Below are positions 9,750 through 22,140 of a stretch of DNA of 64,000 bases, piece after piece (the stretch's first letter is position 1; each line of letters starts with the position of its first letter). Origin of the DNA: Cycas panzhihuaensis (lineage: Eukaryota; Plantae; Cycadophyta); the NCBI GenBank assembly GCA_023213395.1, contig CM041465.1:211675741-211739740 (forward strand), given 5' to 3'. The notes below the pieces were generated by a model. It saw only the letters and a program-made list of their open reading frames with translations, was not told the origin of the DNA and did not search any database. Position numbers and translations under genes: made by a program.

Positions 9750-12730
9750 TGATAGTTGGGGAATAGAATTAGAGGAAAAAGGAGAATCCATAGAGGGATA
9801 TGGAAGAAAAAGGGATTAAGTAACAAGAGAAACTTATGGAGAAAGTAGAGAAAGGGATCATAAAGAGGAGGCTAGGTGGAACAAAGGTACTCTAGAGAGT
9901 ACTTTTGATGTATTTTATATAAGAATATTGACAAAGAATAGACAAATTCTCAAAGCAAATGCTTGCTTTAGCCTATGTGTTAGATTTCACACTATTAATG
10001 AACTAATCCAATCTTATAAAAGGGTATGCTTGGTGTTTCCTGACTTTCGGGAATGGATACAGAATCACCAACTCAGGTAAGTGCAGGTATGTTTCTCGCC
10101 TTATCATCGCTTTCTTTTGATGAGTGTTCGCTTGCATGTCTGCATGTGTGTGGCTTTGTAGGCGACTTTGTCTTCGTCTACACTTATTTTAGCCTATGAC
10201 GACTATAGCAGGGGCACACTCCCAGTGAGTGTGGCACCCTAGTGGCCACTCCACTTCCCACATCTGCCCTCCTCGCTCCAAGATCCACTCGGCTTGCGCC
10301 ACCTCCGCCCGCATGATGACCCGTCATCGTTTGGTTGACTTGCCACACTGTTTGAGCCCTATTTTTGCTCTTTTAAACCCGCTTGTTGGCTTGTTTACCC
10401 CCGGGTAGGTGTCTCAGCCCCCTATTGGCCCTTTTTGTCATCATCTGTCATTTTCATGGTATCGCCCGAATATCCGCGGTACCGCGGATTTTCCAGCGGT
10501 ATGACTGTTCCAACTTGTTTTTTAAAATCCACTGTGGCAATTTCGCATTTATTGTGAAACTTCCACGTGTCTCGTGACTTAACTTGCTCCCAGTCGTGCC
10601 CTAATCACTTACTTTAGGGTTTGGGTTGGGTACTTAAGTCATGATCTACTCATTTTTTAGAACTTTTAGCTCACTTTTTGGATTGCTCCTCAGGGAAACC
10701 ACGCTGTGCTCTGCTCTTCTCTGCTGCCCTACTGCTACCACAGGACCTGCATCTCTCCTACATTGCCTAGCTCTCCTTTGGTGTGGCTAGGACATCTTCC
10801 CAGCCCCTCACACACCTTGGAGAGGGCCCCTTGGAGAGATTTCAGTAGATTCTTGCCTCGGGCAGTCTTCAAGTGTTCCAAGTGCAGGTGTTCTCCTTCC
10901 AACTTCATTAGCAGGGCCCCAAACTTGCTACACCATAGTTCTGGGCTGATCTCTCAGCCTCTCCTTACTAGCCCTTGGCTGAGGCAAGCACTTCTCTTCT
11001 TCCACTCAGGTATTCATTGATTTGAGTTGTTTCTCTTATGCTATTGATGCCCTATCTTGCTTGTTTCTTTGCTTGTCTTTGTGAGGGTTATTTTTCCTCT
11101 TTACATTTGGCTGTTATACCTCTATTATAGTGCCTCTTACCTATATTTGTTGCTCAAGGTAGCGGTACTGAGGGTTGACATAGGGTGTAGGAAGGAGCTG
11201 GGTAGATTCTGCACCACCTTCCACACTCCTCAAGTGGATTTAAGCCCCCCAAATCCTCCCTCTTGCCTCGTGCTGTCCTTGGCACTCAAACGGGGGTTTG
11301 TTAGCCCTCTCTTAGCCACTGAAATTAGTACTTTCACATGTTGCAGTGCTGGTTTGAGGACTTAGGCTTAGGTCCAGGCAACTTACATAAGTCCCGACCG
11401 CTTGTTCTTATCTAACTCTTTTCCCGGCAACCTAGTTTGCTCTCCATAGCACCCCGATTCACCGTAGGTCTTCTTTGGCTCCTCTTTACCCCCTTGCTAC
11501 TATTTCCAGCCATCTTTCTTGGCCTTTCCCTCGCTGCCCTGTGGCTTTTGGGGGGAGGTTAGGGTGTTCTTTGTGGGAGGTGGGCCACTCCAAGGCTTAC
11601 CGGTTACTTTCCTTTCACTTTGGTTACCCTCTTTTACATACTATCATCATTGTGTTGATACTAACATATATGTGTTTAAGTTTATATTTGTATTACATAG
11701 ACATGTATTGTTAGGATCTCGTCATTGCATGTTAGTACCCTTTCTTTGGAAAGGGGGAGGTTGCCGTTGCTTGCAGATGCTTGGGGAGCGCAAAAGGTAT
11801 TTTCCGCTCATTCCGTTGCCAGTAAGTGCTCTTACGCATGTTGAACTTTCATACTTCTTTAGTCGCTAGTATTTGGTACCTTTCTTTCCTTGGTATTGTA
11901 CTTTAGTATTTTTCTGGGGAAGGTAAGGGAGCCCCTCTTTCCAATCTGCCGCGATGCTTCGCATCCGACGCACCTCGTGGAGTAGTTCGGTGTCCCTCGG
12001 GAGGGCCCTCGTCATGCACGCCTCCGGTCTAGGTGCACGCCTCACTCCACCCTACTACTCTTTCCTTTTGAATTCCTTTTTAGTAATTAACTCATTAGAG
12101 ATCAAAAGGGAAACTTAACTTTGCTTTCGGTTCACGCTTTATTTGTTTTATTGCATGCATCTCTACTACCCATAGGGAAAGGTCATAGGAACCGCTCATT
12201 TTCACATTTCCTCTCTTTCTTAGCTGTGCAAGCTTCTTACCCTCTGTATTACTCGTATGCCCAGTTAGTTTGCGTAGGCATACCTTGATCCATCTTCTTG
12301 GATCATCCCTCTTGCTTTCATTTGGTTCCCCGCTTTGCCGGATAACCAAAGTGACCTCATATATAGGCCAGTCGCTTGCCTATCCTCCTTCATTTCCCGT
12401 TGCTTTAGGGAAACCCTTGAAGGCTCCTCTCCTTCCCCTTCTGGCCATCCAAGGGTGGGAGGATCCTTCCCTTAGGTCAACCCAGGCTAACCCTACGCCT
12501 CCTCACCTCTTGTTCGAAGTGGTGGGGGATCACCCTTTGGTAGCCACATTCTATTGCAGGTCTCGAACTCACGCTCCGGCGCACAGGGCAACCTGCATGG
12601 TAATTACCCTACTTATAGGTCTCTTTATTGATCATATTATCACCCGCTCTTACTATACCTATTTGTTAGGTAGCTATCCCGTAGACGCGCATCCACTTGG
12701 TATATTTTAGAGCCTTATGGATAAGCTACA
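9750..12730 (-). repeat. putative 3' LTR of copia C (~314 bp) split by solo LTR J
   Basis: Removing 10034-12700 gives a minus-strand TGTAGC...CTATCA segment with TATATAAAA and a pyrimidine-rich tail, preceded by a decayed PPT-like tract (CTAAGGAGATTAGTAT). No partner LTR found. Confidence 0.5.
10034..12695. mobile_element. large solo LTR J (2662 bp), probably Ty3/gypsy-type
   Basis: TG...CA termini flanked by a perfect 5-bp TSD CTTGG (10029-10033 and 12696-12700). Sharp switch to GC/CpG-rich composition exactly at these ends. No credible coding sequence; telo-box-like TTTAGGGTTT at ~10613. Confidence 0.8.
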
Positions 12731-13784
12731 ATACTAATCTCCTTAGACTATTATTATTAGGTTTAATATTTTCTTATATGGTAGGGTATTAAGTTAGTTT
12801 CTCCTCTAGACTTTTTATTAGATGGTATTTTGTAAGGCAATTGGGTTGTTTCTTCTACTAATTAGTATCTTGAAATCAAGGTAGTTGTGTGGTTGCTCCT
12901 CCTTTATATTTGGTTGAGGAGGGAGTTTTATTTAGTTGTTCTCCTTAAGCTCTTTATATTCATGGTGTTGAGTTAGTCTCTCTATTTGTAGGTTATTTAA
13001 AAATAAGATTAATGAATTAGTTACTCCCCTTGAACTTAGTTATACCCTACAAGTTTATAATAAGTGTGTGGTATAATAATGTAATCCTTTGAGATTAGAT
13101 TTATAGGGATCCCTAAGTGATTTAATATTGTTGCTCTAATTAGGAGAATAAGCATGAAACTATTGTTATTATCTGAGACTAATGAGGCTTTAAGAAAAAG
13201 TATATATATATATATAACATCAACTTCAGGCAACTTCTTATACTACAGAGTTTTATATAAATAGGCCTTGATATAACTATTAATAAGATGACTTAGGAAG
13301 GGTTAGATAAAGAGTGCAAAACCAATATTCCTATATTCATATCATTTACTCTAGCTTAGGGGTACTTTCCTATGTAATATTGTGGATATTTAGGAGGTGA
13401 ATACTTTAGTTCTAATATGACTCACCATATATTTATATGTTAACTATGCTTCTTTAGGTGTTTTATTATATATAACTTTTATTACACTCGTGTTAGTCAA
13501 GGACACTACTATGTAAATAACTTTAACTTAAAAGATATCTGAGAGGCTCTTCATCTTCATCATTAATTTGGCCTTTGTAACTAATATCTTGTTCATCCTC
13601 TTAGCTACTCTATTTTATTGAGGGGTGTGCATTATTATTAACTACTTTTTTCCACTATGGTCCTTGTAGAATTAAATAAAGACATTAGAGATGTATACTC
13701 TCCTATTATTTAATTTAAGTATCTTAATCCTTTGACCACTTTTATTCTCTACTTTTATCTTAAACTCCCTAAATATGTGAAATG
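12731..13784 (-). mobile_element. old copia C, downstream piece (integrase core and C-terminus; RT apparently deleted)
   Basis: Minus strand reads HIFREFKIKVENK-SGQRIKIL...HTPQ*NRVAKRMNKILVTKAKLMM, continuing the integrase interrupted by element B. Confidence 0.85.
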
Positions 13785-14097
13785 TAAAGGAAGGATGGAT
13801 CGAGGAAATAAATTAATCACATACACACAATGGTAATGGAGAATAAAGAAGAGATGAAAACAAGATATGAGAGTAAAACTTGGAGATGAGAATGAATAAT
13901 TACTCCCTCCTTGAGATTTCACCTTTTATTATTGAGAGTGAGCATTAGGGTTAGGATTTCCCTACCTAATAACATGAATTCAAAATTATAACCAAATGTA
14001 TATAAAGCACATTTTACTAAGAGACTAATACTAACAATATACCCTAAGGTCACTTAATTAATCTATATAAATAACCTTGATATATTAACCTCTTTCA
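13785..14097 (-). repeat. 3' LTR of copia B
   Basis: 313 bp, adjacent to PPT; about 87% identical to 20999-21311 by eye; terminal CA mutated to TA. Confidence 0.95.
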
Positions 14098-17000
14098 ATT
14101 CTCCCCTTAATGGTGAAAGGTTATTTTGAGAAAATTTATTCTATGAGGTCTTTATTTAAGCATAATTATTACATTGAAATTATAAATGACACTTTTGTAG
14201 GAAAACCCTTATGAGAAATAAAAACCCATAGAATTTATAAGATCTATAGCCCTTTTTATAAATTAAAATGTCTAAGGTGGCTCTTGATGTAGCATGATAG
14301 CTAAGTAGCTTAAATGTATAGCTTGATCTACTGAGTCTCCATATATTGTTTGGGCATCCCCTATGCTCTTTTATGTTTTCACAGGTTTCAATTTTCTAAA
14401 ACTAGTACAACCCTTATCCTTCCATGCCCACATGGGATTTTCACAAATAGGATAAAGTATAAACTTACTATTATTCTTTTATGTCCATAAGGGGTTTTCA
14501 CAAAGATAATAGAATATGGTGATCATGTTGCCATCTTCTTTGATTAGTCAAAGATAAAGGCCCTAAGGTCAAGCTACCTTCAAAACTATTTAAACTTCAC
14601 CTTTTGTAGTGGTTTAGTGATATTAGTTACTTGATCTATTATGGGTTAGTATTCTAATTAAATTATACTATCATGAACTAGTTCTCTAATCCTATAGACT
14701 TTTGTACTTATGTGTTTGGTATGATCAAGAAATATAGAATTTTTTTCTATGTGGATTACTAATTAATTATCCATATGAAGGCTGGCAGGACTTATTTGGG
14801 TGATATTTAATGTTTCTAATAATTTTCTAAGTCATATCATCTCCTTACTAGTCTCACAAGTAGCATTGCATTCAACTTTAATAGTTAAATCAGTAACTAT
14901 CTTCTGTCATCTAGATCTCTATGATATTGATGTTGTTCTAAGAAATGTTACATACCGAGACTTAGATATATGTGTATCTTTATCTCCTGTAAAGTCTAAG
15001 TCTATGTATATAAAAATCTTAAATTCATTATTAGGTTCATATAATAGACCAAATTTGTTGGTTGTCTTTAGGTATTTTAACACTTGTGCTATAACTTACC
15101 AGTGATTCTACTTAGAATTTATCATGAATCGTGCAAGAATGTCGGTAAAGTATTCAATATCTAGTCTTGTATTGGTAGTGTAGATGAGACTACCTACAAG
15201 TTACATGTAGAGTATTATGTCTGCCTCCTTAATATTACCATCAACTAAGAGTTTGGTATTAGGATCTATAAGTATAGCCATCGGTCAAGAATCTTTTAAC
15301 TAAAACTTGGTTAGAAGACTGTTGATGTATTTTTCTTAGGAGAGAAAAAATTTTCTATTCTTTTATATTACTTCAATTCTCAAGTAATATTTCATCAATT
15401 TAAGGTTAGACAATTCTAATATTTTGCTAAGGTCCTTTTTTAGCTAGCTTATTACCTATTCATTGATACCCGTTACTAGTATGTAATTCACAAAGATTAT
15501 GAGATAAGTGACTTTGTCCTTTTATCGCTTGATGAATAGTGTTATGCCAATATCATGGCAGTCATAAATCTTGTATCCAAGTTTCATCATTCTTTTAGAC
15601 AACTTAGTAAACTAATCATGAGGGGTTTGTTTAAGGCTGTACAAGGACTTTCTAAGCCTGAAAACCTTATACTCTTAACCTTTAATCTCATATTCTTTTG
15701 GCTGAGCCATGTAAATTTCTTCTTCAAGATCCCCATTAAGAAATATAGTCTTAATATCGAGATGGTAGTTTTTCCAACCCTATTAAGTAGCCAAGGTCAT
15801 AAGAGTTCTAATTGTAGGCCACTTAGTTATAGGTGCAAAGACTTCAGTGTAGTCAATGTCTTCCCCTTATGTGAATCCTTTAGCTACCAACCATGGCTTG
15901 TATTTTTCAAGTATGCCACCTAATCTGTATTTATTTTTTAATACCCATTTATTTTGAACTACCTTTCCACTAAGTGGTAGATTAACGAGCTCCCATATAC
16001 CATTTTTTATGAGAGATTGGTATTCTTCATTTATTGTATTTCTCTAAACTATATGTTTCACAGCTTCCTGGTATAAGATGGCTCTTTATTAAGAGTAAGG
16101 TACAACACTATTAGTTTATGCTCAATATATAATTATTCATATATCCTTGCTCTATAGATACTTTGAGTGCCAATTTGTCCTACCTCGTCTGTTTGTATAT
16201 GCTTATTGAGCTGGCAAGCTTCATGAGATCTTTAAGTTGGGAATAAAGTCCTCATTTCTTTAACTTATTCTCATCTTATTTATTAAAATTATCATTTTGT
16301 GAGGAAGATGTTAATGCACTTGGGGAAGATAGTCTTTCTACCACTATTTTTCCTTTATTAACTAAAGATAGAGAGGATGATTATTCTATAATGGCTTTGC
16401 CTTTGTTAACTCTATTATCTTCAAAAGATGGTATTAAATGTGCACTTATCAGTTCAGAGTCACAACCTATATCCTCTAAGGCTTTATTAACTTCTAATAT
16501 TTGGAGTAAATTATGTGCATCCCCCTTCTCTCCAAATTTTAGAATTTAAACATCATACTTGATAACATCATTATAGTGGTGAGAGGATGTTTTAAAGTCT
16601 AGTCTAATCAATTGATCCTTTGTCTCTGCAAAATGACACCTTTAGTAATGATAATTTTTCGTTGTAAAGGTATAAAGATATTATACACTTTCTCGTCCAT
16701 AGGGTATCTGATAAAGATGCCTTTAAGTACCCTTGACTAGAGTTTATTTCAATCTGCATCTAAAATGTGGGCATATCATGTAGAGCTAAACATTTTAAGG
16801 TAGTGAATAATAGGGACATGTCCTAACCACTTTTTATTAGGTGATTGTCCTTCCTTTAATGGGATAATAACATTGATACAATAAACAATAGTCTAAATGG
16901 CTTTGACCCATATAAGTAGATAGGTACATTTTTATATACTAACATAGCTTGAGCCATGTTTATGATTGTCCTATTTATATACTCAGCAACTCCATTTTTC

Positions 17001-20000
17001 TATGGGGTACCTATTACTGTTGTTTGAGGTTTGATGCCATTATCTCAAAGATTGCTTTTAAATTTATGTGAGATATATTTACCACCATTATCAATTCAAA
17101 GATCTTTGAGTTAATGACCTAACTCTTTTTAGTACAGGCTTTAAATTCTTTGAATACATAAAAGGCTTCATCTTTCTTGTATAGAAAAACTACCCATACT
17201 TTCCTAGTGAAATCATCAATAAAAGAGATGTAATATAAGTTACCCTTCAGTGAAGGAATGGGTATTGGTCTGCATAGATCAGAGTGTACTAATTATAATG
17301 GATGGCTCAAATTCCATTAACTTTTGGGAAAGAGTTATTGATGAGATTTGGAAATGATATAAGCTTTATATTTGAAGGGCTTAGAGGAGAACTTTGGAAG
17401 ACCTAGAAGAGTGTTACAAAGATCTCTAAGTCTATCAATATGAACATGGCCTATGCAAGCATGCTAAAGAGCTTCTAGTGACAACATTGGATGGGTTCGG
17501 ATGGTGTTAAATGTAAATTCTTTATCGACATAAGAGCTTTAGGCACAATGGGCTTCAAAAGATAGAGAGTCATTTAGTCAAAAGAGTTTGCCAGTGAGAT
17601 GTCCAATTAAGACCACTCAATTAATTAGAGGGTAAATGACCTGGAGAGTTTGGTCATTTACGGTTACACTCAAATTAAATCTATGAGAAATAAATGTAGA
17701 TAAGGAGAACATGTTTTATATGAGATTAGGTATGTAGGACATCAAGCAATGTAAAATCTCTTAAGCCTTATACTTTCAAGCAAATGTTACCAATTCTTTC
17801 AATAGGTTGTTATGATTTGCCAGCTATGTAAACAACTCCTTAAATATTTAAATCAAATATTTGATATAGACTATGATTGCATGTTATGTGTTGATTTACT
17901 CCTATATCCATGATTCATTGTCTATCAATTGAAGTAATACTATTTATAATTATAATAGTGCTTGGTATTGATGAAGGGAATTCATAAGCGATATATCCAC
18001 ATTGAGCTTCAAAGTATCTCTTTGGTTAGTCAATAGCATTTGATGCTAAATATCCCTCAATTATTTAAAAGTGTGCTTGTACAAAACTTTTACTACTAAA
18101 TTATTCTTTATAAGTTTTTTTAACATTGTAAGCTACATGTTTTGGTTAGAACTTGGCTAACCTATAAGTGATGGTTATGCAGTCTTTTACAAAGTGACCT
18201 CTATGGTTATACTAATCACATATAATAGTTTAATTACCAGTCTTTAAATAAGTATTAGTTTGGCTTGACTGTCTTATTTTTTGTTGAGGTGGCCCTTGGC
18301 CTTGAGACTACTGAGGTTGTGACTGAGGGTTTGGTTGACTTTGTGGATAAATTCTCATGTTTCTTACTCTTCCTCTTACTCAGTTATTTCCTCTACCATG
18401 AGAAGGACCTTGATTCTTTATATAGCAAACTTCTTCTTCCACCTCAAAGGTTATATTTGGAAGAGAGTCAAAGGCTACAAAATTGGTATCAAAGGTCTTG
18501 TCAAATTCTATAAACTTCTTAATAAGTACTTCAAAGTTGAGTATCTTTAATGTTCCACTAGATTGAAGACTTCGAAGTAAGGTTTTATAATCAGGGACAT
18601 GTAGATATGATTGGATCAAGAATACCCAAGTAATGCATTGGGTCTTAAAATCTTTATCAATTACCTATTTTATTGATTGAAGGAGATTTTTTATCTCATG
18701 AGCTCATCCCTTTTGCATTTTTAGTCTGTTCATTTTTAGAATAAGATGAAAAAATTCTAAGTCTGGCTTTATATCAAAGTTCTTCTTAAGAACTTCAAGA
18801 ACCTTCCAAGTTGTACCATGTTGCTCTTCACCAATCAAGTTGTACAAAGAGTGATTAGTAACCAATAGAATTCCTACACGAATCTTTTGATCATGTATCT
18901 CTCGTTGTAGTTTGGTTGTAGCATCTGTAAGAGTTGTTGGAGCAGTTCTACTGAAAGCAGATGTTGTAGATGTTACAGGTATGATAGGTGTAGGATGCAA
19001 GTGAATCTATCATACTATAAATTCTAATTTTCTTTACTTTTTAATATGTAATTAACGTTCTACTTGAATTGAGATGATATGGTGATGATGAAGAAGTAGA
19101 AGAGATGATAGAAGTACATGCTACTAATACATGTGGCTAGTACACCTAGCGTAGCAGGGATGTAGAAATGAATGCTATGATAAAGAGTCAAGCAATGATT
19201 AAGTGTTTTTTAATAATTATGAAGAATGAGTATAAGCAAAGATACAAGAATAAGGCCTAATATAGAGTTGGTAAAGAGTAGTGATGTATCATGTCACTAA
19301 CCTCTAACTTATGTTCAAATATAAGTGAGGTTTCAATGCATAAGGCTTCTAGTATATGATTAGGACCTTCATTTATGATACCTGTACCTACACTTGGTGA
19401 TGAAATCCAAGTCACAGTAGAGCCCAAGTACTCCTAGTCCTCACCTAGTTCACCAATGAATAACTATATACCTCCTTCAAAGAGTCAAACAACATGTTTA
19501 TATCCTATAGTTATGATGAATATTGGACTAGGTTGATTTTAATCTTGCATTAAGGTTTAAGTTGTCTCAGTTGGTTATTAGGTTAATCCCTAAAAGAGCC
19601 CATAGGTATGGCTAACCTATCACTCCATTAGTATTCTAATTAAGACTAGATCCAATATGGAACTCACACCTCCCTTAAGGCCCAGACTTCGACTAACCAT
19701 GGTCTATTTCAACAAATGCAAGTGTGTGCATAAGTCAAAAACTAACAGTATAAGTCAAACGTAATAGGTTTATTTTATAGAATATGCAAATATGTTTGTG
19801 TTTATATTGCTAAAATGAATTGGTAATGTATTGATGCTTACTTTTATGCCTCCTTTATGTTGCTTTTATATATCTATGTGCATGCACATAAATAAACATA
19901 CAAAGATACTAAGTATGAACACCAGATTTTATTATGATTTAGATGTTTTATTATTACAATAAATTATTTTACTTTTTTTATTTAAGAAACCCCTTCTTTT

Positions 20001-20984
20001 TTGTTAAGAAAAAGAAAAAAATGAAAAACTTAAAAGTTTACTCCTAACTTAAATTTTGACCAAAAGAGAAAGTATTAAAAAAAGCGAGAGGAATTTGCTT
20101 TTTTTATCAAAAACTTCTATATGGCCATATAACCATACGAAACAACTAAAATGTTTAGCTTGAAATTTCACTCTTCAAAATGATAGATTTCACTATGGTG
20201 AGTAAAAAATTCTTCTGGTAAAACTTTTAAAAATGAGCAGAAATAACTCAAAACTTCTTGAAACTCCTATGAGACTTTCCTTGGCAGAAATCTAAATTTT
20301 AAAAAAATCTCTCTTTGATATATCAAATTTAATGAAACTTGATTTGTTAGATTCCTTGAGGCTAGATCTACTAAAGCCCTAAAGAAATTTTGGCATGCAT
20401 TGAAAGTTTTGAGAAATTTTCTTTAAAAAATAGTTAAATTAGTATTATCTAAACTTTTATTTTTTCAGGTTGATCGAGGCAGAATTTAGAGATAATATAG
20501 AAGACAAAAATATTTATCTTTCTTGAGCATCTCTCCCTATAAATTTTTAGCAAAAATTAATAACTTTTAATTTTTCACCTCTCATAGGGTTGAACAGCCT
20601 TTTTCTAAATGGTTTCAACTATTTTCTACCACTTGCAAGTAGCCAAACATTTGCCCTATAGTTTTATAGCATAGATTTTATAACTGAAATTTGATTTATA
20701 ATTAAAAAATCAATAGAATCTCCCTTAGTAAAATTTTAAATTAGCTACAAAAATTGATTAAAAACTTTCATTTTTTTAACCTAAAACTAAAAAACCTTCT
20801 TGTAGCTAATAGTTTTGATCTTCAATGCACCTGCAAATACATAGAGGATACTAAAATATATTGTAAATGAATTACAAGCTTTATTTTAAAAATAATGAGT
20901 TCCCTCTCAATACTTCACATTGAATATGAAGGAGAGGCAAAATAACTCCATGCAAGTGGAATGGAGTAAATAGATCCTCTTCTC

Positions 20985-20996
20985 GCTCTGATACCA
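20985..20996 (-). promoter_or_regulatory. primer-binding site (tRNA-iMet) of copia B
   Basis: GCTCTGATACCA is the reverse complement of TGGTATCAGAGC, 2 nt from the LTR end. Confidence 0.95.
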
Positions 20997-20998
20997 CA

Positions 20999-21311
20999 TG
21001 AAAGAATGATGGACCTAGGGAATAAATTACTCACATGCACAAAATGGTAATGGAGAATGAAGAAGAGATGAAAACAATATATGAGAGCAAAGCTTAGAGG
21101 TGAGAATGAATAATTACTACCTCCTTGAGATTTCACTTTTTATTATTGAGGATGAGTATTAGGGTTAGGATTTTTCCACCTAATGACATAAACCCAAAAT
21201 TACAACCAAATTTATATAAAGCATATTTCACTAAGAGACTAATGCTAACAATATACCCTAAAGTCACTTAATTAATTTACATAAATGATCTTAATAGATT
21301 AACCTCTTTTA
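20999..21311 (-). repeat. 5' LTR of copia B
   Basis: 313 bp, followed on the minus strand by the PBS; homologous to 13785-14097 and 3458-3768. Confidence 0.95.
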
Positions 21312-22140
21312 AAATGCTGGTGACTTCTTCTTTTTAGGATATACCTAGACCTTCCTTGAAAATCATTAATAAAGGTCAAGAAATGTCTTTCACCTCTAAG
21401 TGAAGTGGTTAGCATAAGACCACATATACCTAAGTGGTTCAAGCTCAACTTTTCAGTCATCCTCTAAGCCTTACCTTTAAGAAACTTCTACCTATATTAC
21501 TTCCCATAAATAGAAGTCTCACAAATATACTTTTCTACCTTAAACTTTAGGAGACCATAAATTATATTTAACTTATTCATCAAATTTTGTGAGGGAAGTG
21601 CATATGCCCTAACCTTTCATGCCACAACGAGATTTTACTTAATACATCCATATTTAAATATGCTCTTTTGCTTACTAACTTATCTAAAAGCCTATAAATA
21701 TGGTTTTCTCTTATACCTTTTATGATTATTTTTCTTTTATGATTACTAGTAATGATCTTTCCATCCTTAAAAGAGAGCACTCAACCCGTTATCCTCTATT
21801 TGACTAATAGAAATAAGATTCATCTTTTGTCTAGGGATGCATAAGACATCTTCTATATAATATTCATCTCTATTTATAAATATAATTATGACCTCCTATA
21901 ATAGTTAAAAAATTTATTGTCTCCTAGAATAATAGTATGTCTTATAACTTACCACATGTGTTTAAACTAGTCAAGCATGTTTGTCATATGTCTAGAAGCA
22001 CCCAAATCAAAGTACTAAATATTTTTAGACTCTCTTTAGTATACTACCATATTCTACTAACTAACTTAATTCTATAAATTATTTACATATTACTAACCAA
22101 CCTATAATAATCTATGACCTAGCTTATTACAATTATACTA
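21312..22140 (-). mobile_element. old copia C, upstream piece (gag knuckle, protease, GAG-pre-integrase, integrase N-terminus)
   Basis: Minus strand reads YNCNKLGH, *YFDLGASRHMTNMLD, SLWHERLGHM, ICGLMLTTSLRGERHFLTFINDFSRKV...KKSPAF up to the TSD. Confidence 0.88.

Larger units (their letters stand above)
13785..21311 (-). mobile_element. full-length degenerate Ty1/copia element B (7527 bp), same family as A
   Basis: LTRs 13785-14097 and 20999-21311; TSD AAATG at 13780-13784 and 21312-21316; PBS TGGTATCAGAGC at 20985-20996; PPT at 14098-14110; decayed gag (~19000-18150) and pol (~17900-14580) collinear with A. Confidence 0.97.

Noticed and set aside
10383-12710. Cluster of 64-146-aa ORFs
   Set aside because: They fall inside the TSD-flanked solo LTR, mostly have non-ATG starts, show no domains, and are expected from higher GC content.
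12698-12714. TGGTATATTTTAGAGCC as a PBS after solo LTR J
   Set aside because: The TGG is part of the CTTGG target-site duplication, the match needs a 4-nt insertion, and no gag follows.
14800-18550. Plus-strand ORFs at 14800, 15555, 18265 and 18335 (and minus-strand ORFs within element A)
   Set aside because: Antisense shadows of copia gag/pol.
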